Assembly: GCA_012295275.1 (NCBI GenBank)
Contig: CM022669.1
Span: forward strand, 12,338,001 to 12,402,000
DNA length: 64,000 nt
Reading direction: 5' to 3'
Source: Chrysomallon squamiferum
Taxonomy: Eukaryota > Animalia > Mollusca
Below are positions 52,380 to 64,000 of the stretch, in pieces. Position numbers and translations under genes: made by a program. A model generated the notes under the pieces. It made no database searches, was not told where the DNA came from, and worked only from the letters and a program-made list of their open reading frames with translations. How positions within the stretch are numbered: the first letter of the stretch is position 1; every line of letters begins with the position of its first letter.

Positions 52380-53690
52380 GATGTTTTCACAAGCCCGGGG
52401 TGCCGGGTAGATAAAAAAAAATGGGGTATTTGAAAAAAAAAAAAAAAAAAATTGTATAAGACAAACATCGAGTTGATACGGCGTATCGTACGATTCACTG
52501 GTCGCACATTTGAAAAGTTAATCTGGTAAAATAAGTGTTTAGACGAACGACAATGGAATAATTCCTGTGGTATCAGCTCCTACAAACAAACGGATAAAAG
52601 GGTCATGGTATACGACGTCGTAACTAAACGACGGCGGGTCCCCCGAAAACCGCGGCGGGGGTTACAACAAATAAACCAATTATTGTCCTTGCGGTTCAGT
52701 TGTTGCCGCTGCTAGTCATTTTGCCTTTCGACACCTCTCGTCCTTACTTTGAAATTAATATTCATCGAGGTTGTATCACCCCCTGAGCTTCTTCGTTGAA
52801 AGGAGTGGATCTCGGATGAATCGGAGCCGCGGCGTTTGGGGCCAGATCAAAAGGAGCGGAGACTTGGCGAGGAAAACACGACCCCTCGGCTATTTACATT
52901 TTGGTATTGGCGCGCGCGGCGGGGAGCCCGGATTCCTGTCAAAGCCGCGCGGTGTTATAAATACGTCCTCGCTGAAAGAAACCCTACCAGCAGGCAGGCT
53001 TCCTCGATCTGGTCGTGCAGGTGTGCGAATCGTTAAAAGAAAGAAAAAAAGAAAGAAAAAAAAAAAAAAAGAAAGAAAGAAAAAAACTCATGTCATGGAC
53101 CCACGTTTGACGAACAAGGAACAAATATTAAGAGTTAATCTGATCTGCGGTCATGCGGAAGGATATCTCGTTTAGGTGTGTAAATTGGCCAGCAGGGTGC
53201 AGGAGCAGGAATTTATTTTAGCACTATTTTATTTATTTTTTTATTTTTTTTTTTTTTTTTATTATTATTTTTTTTTTTTACATTATTATTATTATTATTA
53301 TTTATTTCTTATTTTTGAGATTTTGAAAAAAAAAAAATGTTCTACTGGATGTTACGGAATTCAGCACAGGTGTGTTTTAACCATCATTCATAACTCGTTT
53401 TTTTTTTTTTTTTTTTTTTTCTTTTTTCGCGAGTTTGTACACTGAACCGGAGCGCTATCAATCAGTGTCTTGTTAAACAATTTGCTACAATATTGTTCCA
53501 GGTAGTTTTATTTACAGTTGGGTACGGTGCGGGCGACGTTCTACGTCATCTCATGTCAGGTTACCCACCGGCGTATCCGCTCTGCTACATGAACCGTGAA
53601 AGACTACACTGCGTCAAACCAGCTTCCCCTGTCGCTTTGTGAATGGACGTTTCGTATGTTCGTTTGGTTATGTTTTGCAGGTGTGAAGTA
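52380..53690. promoter_or_regulatory. GC/CpG-rich non-coding island
   Basis: Among the most GC-rich non-coding blocks of the window (ggcgcgcgcggcggggagccc), with TATAAA at ~52956. No convincing CDS. Confidence 0.35.
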
Positions 53691-54762
53691 GTTTTTTTTT
53701 TTTTTTTTTTGTTGTTGTTGTTATTTCGGGTAAAAAAAAAAAGAACAGGTAGGAAAGGTAAGTTAGGATGGGTATGTGATTGGTAACAGAAATGTCAGGT
53801 AATGTCGCATAAATAGAATGTGTGTGTTTGTGTGTGCGCGCGAATGTGTGTGTGTGTGTGTTTGTGTTTGTGTCTGTCTGTAAACGTGTGTGTGTGTGTG
53901 TATGTGCCTGATGTATGTTCTGAATGTGTACGTGTGTATGTTTGTGTTTGAATGTTTTGTGTGAGATAGTTTAATCTATGTAGGCCTATATCAGAAATAT
54001 TTCAGCTACCAAACACCATCATTGACAGCATAACACAACAGACGCAGCAACGACAACAGCAGTGATGAATGATATTAAAAGAGCGAGGAACTAATAATTT
54101 ATTAGGATTTAAAGTTTAAAAAAAAAAAGAAGAGAAGAACAATAATTACTATGATATTAAATTAATAAAATAAAATAAATTTAAACTAAAACTGAAATGT
54201 TCAAATTCAGAAAACGAATGAATGAATGAATGAATTAGTTAATGAATAAAACATAAATAAATAAATAAATAAATAATCCAACAGATTAATTAATTAAAGA
54301 TTGACGGAAAAATTTGAAAGTAGAAAAGAAAGATAAAAGTCATAGATGTTTTTGAATAAAAAAAATTAATTGTTTTATTTATTCTTGTGTTTTTGATAAA
54401 ACATTTGATATATGACTCGTTTTCTCTCTCTTAACACAAATACACACACAAACACACACACACAAACACATCACAATACACATGCTTCATTTGTTTCTCC
54501 TTATAAGACATATAATCTTATACAAGTTAGGAAGTTCAAGATAATTAAAATTATATCAATATTTTACCGCATAAAATTTGTTTATATTTTTATTTCAAGA
54601 AAAAAATAAGTAAACCGTCAGAAAAAAGAAACTTATGGTCAGGCAGCCATTTTGAATCATCAATCAAAATTCTTTCTTTCAGTTTTCATTGAACTATCAC
54701 ATCAATTCGTCATCTACGTGACACAATAAAATCGGGTTACCTGGACTAATTAATCTTTTACG

Positions 54763-54795
<33 letters not shown>

Positions 54796-55116
54796 AGGTG
54801 AGATGTCATTTCTGTCACCTGTTGTCTGCAATAGTTAACTTCGGCCACACATGTGTGTGTGTCCATTAAAAATCTATCAGTTTGTCGAACTTGACAACAA
54901 AGAGCCACATGTTGATGTTTTACAGTCGCTCGGACAATGCAAACAGATATTTAATTATTATTTCTTTTTCAGCGTTTTTCCACAAATGATGGATGTAACT
55001 CATTTCATAGACTCTGGAAATTAATAGCTGCTCAGCTTTCACGATTCTCTTTTTGAAATTCCTTTTATTTCGTTTTCTTTCTTTCTTTCATTTTTTTTTT
55101 TTTTTATTTTTAATTT

Positions 55117-55186
<70 letters not shown>

Positions 55187-56187
55187 CGTTTTTCTTTTTT
55201 TTTTTCTTTAGAAAATACTTAATTTACTATGGGTGCTGTTTCGGGAATCTGGTAAGTCAGTGGACGCTACTAAAATAATCGTAGAATGTATAGAATGTAA
55301 ATATTAGATATAAATGTAGATGTAAAACACGTATGTATGTGTGAGTGTATGTACCTGTGTTTAAAGCTAATTTCTCATTCTACACGAAAAGAATCTGAAA
55401 GCTTTTTTTTTTAAAAGTTCTACATGTCAGTTCTGGCTTGAAGAGTTATTTTTAGAAGTAACGAATAACATGTCTGTCAAAAAGTGTCATCGTCGTTCTG
55501 GGAATAAATGTGCGTGGGTGCGTGTGTACGTGCGTGCGTGCGTGCGTGTGTGTGTGCATGTGTGTGCGTGCATGCATAGCAACAATTCAGGTATGTCTCC
55601 AGGTCCAAAGAAAATGAAATAATAGACATACATATATATTTAAAGATGTATCGGCTTATTTTGACAGCCTGTTTTCATAGATTAGTATAAAACCTTGCTC
55701 AGCCAATATCCCAAAGACAGGACAACACATACCAGTGTTTTTCACGCACTGATCATATACCTTTGAATGAGACTAAAAATATATGTTTAGACGTTTTGAA
55801 AAGGTGTATAAGAGAATTCAACAAATGAAAATTAAGCATTATTTGGAGCTTTAAAATAATTTTTTAAAGAGTACACTTTTAATTTATTTTAAAATAAGAA
55901 TTATTTATTGCATCGATACAGTGCATAAAAGATAAAACAGCAATGGCGATACAGAACTTACCCTAAATCCGATACCTTAACTTATTAAAAATAAATAATA
56001 TTAAAGTTGTTATAACTGGGATATTCGATTTAATATTACGATTTACACATACGCATGTATTTCATAATAAGAATATCAAATAAAATTAACAACGTGAAAA
56101 CGAGAATTAAATTTAGATTATTCATCAAAACTTGGTTTGAGTAGTTTCTCCTAGAGTCTTAAACGTCAGAATCATCAAATGGAATTT

Positions 56188-56223
<36 letters not shown>

Positions 56224-56684
56224 TATAAAATGAAGAAAAAAAAAAGAAAAAGAAAATGACGCTTTAAGAGTTAAAAACCTAATTCCACATTCTACACGTA
56301 AAGAAAAAAAATTAAAAAAAAAATAAAAAAATCTGAAAGCTTTTTACCCGAGGACCTATATGTCAATTTGGGCTCGAGGAGTTAATTTTAAGAGTAACGC
56401 GCCTGTCCGAATGTTGTTATCATCTTGTTGTGAATAAATGACAGAGAGCTGGAAAAAAAAAAAAAAAAAAAAAAAAAAAATAAAGAAGAAGAAGAAGAAG
56501 TAAAAAAAAAGCTCTCTCCGCTTCTGTGATCCTCGGCAGTTTTATGAATTAATGTCGATGTACTCGTGAATAAATATTAGTCAGCCAAGTGTTTGACGCT
56601 GTAACTCAACGAAGACTAAGTGGCGAGTATTTACGTATAACTCCGCGCTTCGAAAACATCCAATCCAAACCAACTAAGACCCCT

Positions 56685-56970
56685 CATTTCCGGATCACGC
56701 CATTTCTCGCGAGAACAGGAACCCTGCCAATCAGACAGCGGAAACATCTTAATATTTCTGCGAACCGTAGCATAATCGGGATAATTTTACTGATGCTACG
56801 TTTCCATTAATAGGAACGTCTGCTCGGCGACATTGTTGCGTTAACGGTCCCACTTGAACGCAGTATCAATATAAAACGAAGCCCAGGCTATTTGTACAGT
56901 CTCACTTGACGGCGTTTTGTCGGGCTGAAGAGCGAGTGGCTTCTGGGTATTATTTTTCGAGTCACGTGAC
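56685..56970. promoter_or_regulatory. Candidate promoter
   Basis: TTCCGG, perfect TCTCGCGAGA (56705-56714), GCCAATCA, CGGAA, TATAAAA (56870-56876) and GTCACGTGAC (56961-56970) within 300 bp. Confidence 0.4.
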
Positions 56971-58938
56971 TAGCTGAAAAGTAGACAGCGGCAAGTTTAA
57001 TTACCCGACGTTCCATTTTATTGTTGTTCCAACTTAACCAGGACAAATTTTCGCTTGAAAAATGAGTCTCAACTGAATCAATATTAAAAAAAAAAAAAAA
57101 AAAAAAGAGAGATTTGATTTGAGATTTAAATAAAGTGGACATGATGGAGAGCATGTTAATTATCGCTGTTTTATGGGTTTCGTTGCGGCTAATTCTGTTT
57201 CTTTTTCTAATACGTCATCATTTTGTTTGACACCGGTTAGCATTTCGTGTCGCCGGGCGGGTAATAGCGCACACATAATTTTAAATGAAGAGTCTGGAAT
57301 TTCAAAAATGACATACAGCAAATACTGAATTTCAAAATATCAACTATCATATTTAATAAAACATACAAAAGATCTTATACCAAGAGTCTAAAATAACATA
57401 TAGAAAATAATACTGAATTTTGAAAAAAAAAAAAACACACACACATCAATTATACTTAATAAAACTTAAGAAAATTTGTTTTAGGATAAAAAAAAACCAA
57501 ACAAAAAAACAAAACAAAAAAACAAAATACAAGACACCGGAACTGAAATAATAAATTTCAAAAACATATATACATCAATATCAAGGTTTGTAGACAAAGG
57601 AATGGTCCGTTATGTTGGTAGATATAATTTTTTTACTAGGATTTGATAATGGGTTTGATTATGGAGAAAAAAAGACTGAAGGAACAAAAGAAAGAAAGAA
57701 GGAAAGAAGAATCGAAAGAAAGAAAGAAGGAAAGAAGAAACGAAAGAGGAAAGAAGGAAAGAAGAAACGAAAGAAAGAATAACCTTATGAAAGAAAGAAG
57801 AAACGAACGAAAGAAAGAATGAAAGAAATACTGGTCATCAAACATGTAGGAGGTCGCGAATCACGTGACGTCATCCTTTGACCTTTCTTCCTTCTTTAGA
57901 CAATTTCTATCTTCAGTCAGTGATCATAATAAATATCGTAGCAGTAGTAGTAATGATAACTGTTGTGGTAGTACTAAAATAGTAGCAACAGTGGTCAGAA
58001 CAACAAAATAAATTAACAACAATAAAAATAAAGATGATGATGATGATGATGATGACGAAAAGAAAAAAAAAAAGAATAAAAATAAGAATAGAGAGAAGAA
58101 AAAACAGACAGAAGGATGAAAGGAATAAAAAAAATTATTTTGTATTATTTATTTATGTATTTAATTATTTCTTAACACCGCAGTTTTTTTTTTTTAAATA
58201 ATTCTCTAGCCATAAAAAACGAAATTATATTTTTCCAAACATTGTTTATTCATTCAAATATTAATTTAAAAAAAAAAAAAAAAAATAAATAAAAATAAAA
58301 ATAAATAAATAACCCTCAGACATCTTTTCCGTTGCCATACCAGATTCTGTTTTCGTCTTGGAAGGAGAAGAAAAATAAACACCAAACAGACTCGACTGAA
58401 TTGTTCTCTTCGAGTTTGCGGCACTTGACGTTGTCAAAAAACAAGAGCTGCCTCCTCGACAGTGAATCGCTTAAATCTTCTGGCTGCGTGGACTTACCTC
58501 GGCTACCGAGACAAAATCCATCAAGATTATTTTGTCTGCATAAAACGCAAAGTGAATATTGGTAGAATTAAATGGATTCGTTAGAATTAGTTCCTGCCAG
58601 GATCCCTCTCATACCGCGTGCCGCGCGAGTTCAAATTGTGGGCCATTAATACGACAACTGAGCATGTCCCGTAATCCCCATTTCTGATTGGCTGCTTTCA
58701 ATTTCAGTCACGTGAATGAATGAAAATGAGGCGCTGCTAATCTTCGCTTCAGGTGAATGTAAGAGGTTCGTGAATTGCAGATTATTTAAAACAGAAAAAC
58801 GACGAAGGAAAATTACATTTGTACGCGGAATAAATAAAATTATAAAATTTTCTTTTCTTTACGTTGTCATACTTGTCTGTTTGATAATCAATCTGAAAGT
58901 GAGCATATTTTAATAAAATTAATAATAATAATAATAAT

Positions 58939-58977
<39 letters not shown>

Positions 58978-59104
58978 AATAATAATAATATATATATATA
59001 TACACACACATACATACACATACACAACACATACACACACATGCACACACCCCATACACACATAAATATAAATATGCACCAATGTTCAAGTGGTTGTTCA
59101 CTTT

Positions 59105-59380
59105 TCAGGACCTTTGCTAATAATAAAGTATGAAACTGATATAGAAGACGTAGTTCAAATCGGATTGCCTTTTCTCTTCCTTTCTCTTTACAGTCGTGAC
59201 GTCACATTTATGAAAAGAAACCTGATAGACGTGTGAAATCAATATTCACTAATTCTTCTAATAATTCTAACACAGTGTGAAACATCTTTAATTAATTTCT
59301 ACACACCTAAAATTTTAAACCAATACAACAAAAACCCCCAAACCCACTCTAGGATATAAGAAATCTCTGTTTTATCTTTT
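59105..59380 (+). repeat. Dispersed repeat, paralog of 51350-51450 plus 51790-51900 without the MITE
   Basis: Shared blocks taataaagtatgaaac, cagtcgtgacgtcacatttat, gtgaaat.aatat|tcactaatt and caacaaaaacccc.aaccca. Confidence 0.75.
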
Positions 59381-59573
59381 ATTATTATTCTCACTAAAAC
59401 AGTCAAATACAAAAAAAAAAAAAACCCAAAAAACCCCCAGTTTCCAGCAGATTCCCTTTCTATCTCTAGAATAATTAAAAAAAAAAAATATATATATATT
59501 CTCACTAACCCTTAACGCCTTACCCCCCCCCTCTACCGAAACACACCTACACGCTGCTGTTATATATATACAC

Positions 59574-59624
<51 letters not shown>

Positions 59625-60223
59625 TATATATATATCCCTGCATTTAAACAAAATCAGCACATTTCTCATGTTGTAATTCGACAGGTGATGAAGGCTGATA
59701 AATTCCGCCTGATCTCCTCTAACAAAACGACGCTCGACTTCAAAGGCACTCGCCTGTAAAATCCTCGTCGAGCTTTTGTTTGTCGTAATCGGCTGAGCGC
59801 AATCAGATCGGAGGAAAACACGACTTGGCGTTTGCAGGCCGACACAAGACGAAATGACACTCAGATGCCCAGTAAATCTATTATTTACAAAACAAATCGG
59901 ACATTGTCGTGGCGATTGTTCCAGTCCAGCAGGTGGCCTGTGTCAGCGACTGAGTGTCTGTTTGTAAAGTGACAGATAAAATTTAATATTGAATGGTGTG
60001 TGTTATTATTCATTGTGTAATATGTATGATACATTGTGTATATATTACAGTTGGGTGGAAATTAATGTGATTATTGTCTCTCTGTCTCTCTTTGTCTCTG
60101 TCTGTCTCTGTTTCTTTCTGATACTGTCTGACTCCCTCTTAGTAAGTTATGAAATAAAATAAAACTCTTTTAACTTTAATATTCAATTCATGTTATAATA
60201 ATGATGATGATGATGATGATAAC

Positions 60224-60264
<41 letters not shown>

Positions 60265-60957
60265 CAACAACAACAAAAACAACAACAGCAATAACAACAA
60301 CAACAACAATAATATGTATATGTATATATAGTATGTGTAAACAATTTCGTAAGTTCACACAAAGCATTAACATTCTATATATTAATGTATATCGAATACA
60401 ATTAGTTTATTATTTTTTTAAAACCCTCCAGATCACAGTATTAAGATTATTCTTAAGACAAAGTAAATTAAATGACGATAAATAACGACGACTGTGAAGC
60501 TATTAATAATCATATTACAATTACTACGATATTAGTCGTTGTTATTGCTTGTTTAATGTACTAGTAATTAAGATTAAAAATAATTATCCACGATATTTTT
60601 CTTCTGCCTATCAGTCTATCTTTGCTAGAGATTATAAACAAAGTTTCACGTCAGTGGCTTGTCATTACCGGAGCTCACAAAACGCAGAACACTGACATCT
60701 GGCTGAAGTAACATATTAGTAATACAGAAAATTCTATTGACCCAGCAAAGCTCCGCCCACTTGTCACTTTGACAGGCATGCTGGCGATAATTTATTCGTG
60801 TTATCTCGCTTATACTAATGTTGTGCTGATATAGAGGATTTTCGTTTGTTTGTTTGTTTTTTTAATCTTATTCACTCGTGGGTTTTATTGTTGAAGTACT
60901 GAGAAGTGATACGAGGAATAAACATGTTTTATGTATTACAGTTGTAAATTAATGTTG

Positions 60958-60996
<39 letters not shown>

Positions 60997-61073
60997 TCTC
61001 TCTCTCTCTCTCTTGTCTGTTTAGTAAGTTAGTTAGAAACAAAACTGTTTTAATTTTAATATTCAGTTCATGT

Positions 61074-61132
<59 letters not shown>

Positions 61133-62251
61133 GACAACAATTATAATAATGATGATGATGAAGATAATGATAATAATAAATATACTAAATGATGATGATG
61201 ATGATAATAATAATAATGCGCTTAATGATAATGATGCTGATGATAATAATGATAAAAAAACAAAAGAAACAAACAATATTACTAATAATGATAATGATCA
61301 TGATGACGATGACTATAATGATTACGATGATGATAATGATAAGATAAATGATGATAAAATAATATATAACTGAAAAATATAAATATTAATAATAATAATA
61401 ATAACAAAATTTCAACTCATTTTTTTTATAATGTCATTACAATAATATTTATATAATAGTAAATGTACTTACAACTATCTAATTAACTATGTTTTGAATT
61501 ATTTTAATAAACAAAGAAGAAACGAGAATCATTGTAAAAATATAAAAACTGTAAACCATTATTATATCAAAATATTGTTTGAGAAAACTACGAATAATTT
61601 TTATTATTAACGTTACAAAAATATATTAAAACTGAAGATAACTAACTAAAATATTTCTTTTGATGGAAGAAGTAACTGTAGTTAGTAACCAAAAATTAAA
61701 ATTCTAAATGAAAAGATGACTGATTTAAAATTACAAAAAAAAAAACGAAAAATATTTTTAAAAAACCTGTAATTTCTTCTTAATTACTTCTAAAAATCCA
61801 TGATTTACAATTTAAAATATTTAATGGTTTCAAAAAATTATTCAGTAAAAATCCATGAAATTCAGATTAAGACACTTAATGTTCTGTTGTAAAAAACAGT
61901 GGTGAATAAAATATTTAAACGAATACAGAATAATTTATTAAAATAAAAATAAAGAAGTGAAATGTACTCAATTTTCACTTGTTCAACAGATGAGATGCTT
62001 CAAAACATCATTGAATCTGTTTGTGTCTATTTGCATGTATGTATGTATATGTGTATGTATGTATGTATTTTACATGTATATATGCATGTATGCATGTATG
62101 TATGTATGTGCGTATGTGTACGTACGTATTTATGTATGCACGTATATACGTATATACGTATATGTGTATGTATGTATTTATGTATTGTTACATGTATATA
62201 TGTATGTGTGTGTTTGTTTGTATGTATATAACTATGTATGTGTATATGTGT

Positions 62252-62283
<32 letters not shown>

Positions 62284-62771
62284 AGGTGTGTGCGTATTTG
62301 CGTTTGCGTTTGCGTGTGCTTATGCTTGTGCTTTTGCTTGTGCTTATGTGCACGTGAATGTGCACATACGTCTGCCTGTGTATGGTGTATGCTTGCGTGC
62401 GTGCGTGCGTCAATCTTCTTTCTTAGACTGCAAACACTTTCATGGTCAGATCTGTTACACAAACACAACAAAACACTCGCTTACACTTCACAGCGCGTGC
62501 GTCGCCCGTCCAACGCCACAACTCCGTCAACGTCGTCCTGTGACTGTTTGTGTGTTTGTCGACAGCAACAACAACAGACGTCGACGGCTGACCACCACGT
62601 ATTAACGTGACACGGTGACATTCTGTAATCTGCAAAGCAAACATCCGGTCCTCTGTATCGCATATGTTGCAAACAGAAAAATACACGCGTCTGGCTTTAG
62701 AAGAGGGAATAGAGAGAAAGAGAGAGAGAGTGAAAAAGGTATATATATATATAAAGATAAAGAGAAAGAGG

Positions 62772-62857
<86 letters not shown>

Positions 62858-63680
62858 TAAATTAATATTATAAAATACATTTACATATTTATTTTGTACA
62901 TATGTATATATATGTATATGCGTACGATTATGTGTGTGACTATGTGTGTGTGATTGTGTGTAAATATTAAAAACAAACGATTAGTAAAAGTTTTTGTTGT
63001 TGTTGTTGTTGTTATTGTTCTTCTTCTTCTTCTTTTTCTTCTTCTTCTTATTGTTAGTAGTAGTAGTATTAGTACCTTTATTATTACTGAAGTTAAAAAA
63101 ATCCAGATGAACAGTAATTCTGGATTGTAACAAGCTTTCTCTACAGTTAGACAATATATTTTTTTCCTTTATGTTATTCTGCTATTTTTGTAGCAGGTTA
63201 TTATCGTGTTTTTATTATTACTAGACGTAGTAATTTTCTTTTTAATTAGTTTTTGTTTGTGTGTGACTGTGTTTATTGTTTATTTATGTGTGCTTTTTGT
63301 ATTTTCTAATTATTTTGTATATGGTTTTATTTTTATATTATTAAAATAATTCTGACATGTTTCTCTGTCTGTCTGTGTCTGGTTGTCCGTCAGTTTGTCT
63401 GTATTAATGTCTGTGTTTGTCTGTCTATATGTATGTATGTTTGTGCATATTTATTATATACGTACGTACGTGTGTGTACATTAATGTTTGTATGTTTGTA
63501 CGTACGTACGTAGGTCTAATATGTAAGTACGAACGTCAGTTTGTGTACATGTACATATAATTTATATATACATATGTGTATATATATATAAATATATATA
63601 TATATGTACATGCACATATAATTTATATATACATATACATACATATATATATATATATATACACACTCATATATATATAT

Positions 63681-63731
<51 letters not shown>

Positions 63732-64000
63732 TGTGTACATTCGTAATCACGTGCATGTGTCTCGGCCTGGGAAAACCTTATTAACATAAGTTTTGTCTGC
63801 TAAGCTAACAGTTTCTTTCCGACAGAAGATAAAAATCTACAATCGTGTTAATATAGTGAAGCTGTTAAGTAGATGAACAGCACGTTTTAGTAAGACTCGG
63901 ACCCATTAACACCCTGAGATGCTGAGAAACCATGCATGACACGCCACGGTGCATACGAAATGCTAATGTGTAACGCTCCAGCGATTATTATAAATCGCTT

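Noticed and set aside
52771-53175. 134-aa basic ORF
   Set aside because: Non-ATG start, runs through a poly-A tract, no recognisable domain.
61957-62610. 217-aa ORF and the many similar ER/LS/VC/YI/poly-F ORFs
   Set aside because: Translations of microsatellites and low-complexity DNA.

Overview
AT-rich, microsatellite-dense animal genomic DNA with spliceosomal introns. The repeat style and gene content suggest a mollusc or other lophotrochozoan (inference). I could reconstruct three plus-strand protein-coding genes by hand in the first 28 kb. (1) A single-coding-exon LicD/fukutin-family type II membrane phosphotransferase (6152-7138). (2) A 13-coding-exon, ~692-aa immunoglobulin-superfamily receptor (14582-22867): signal peptide, V-like Ig, 2 C2-like Ig, Cys-less I-like Ig, FN3, TM. 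Its exon-modular cytoplasmic tail carries an ITAM-like motif, an ITIM-like motif and a CD28-type YMNM motif, and the gene uses two GC-AG introns and a 19-nt microexon. (3) A 5-coding-exon JTB (jumping translocation breakpoint) ortholog (25914-27829). The remaining ~36 kb has no recognisable CDS. It holds many discrete CpG-containing complex islands (candidate enhancers and one candidate promoter), several DNA-transposon derivatives and a 66-69-bp minisatellite; a MULE with TIRs and a 9-bp TSD also sits in an intron of the Ig receptor gene. Almost all other entries in the ORF track are simple-repeat artefacts.
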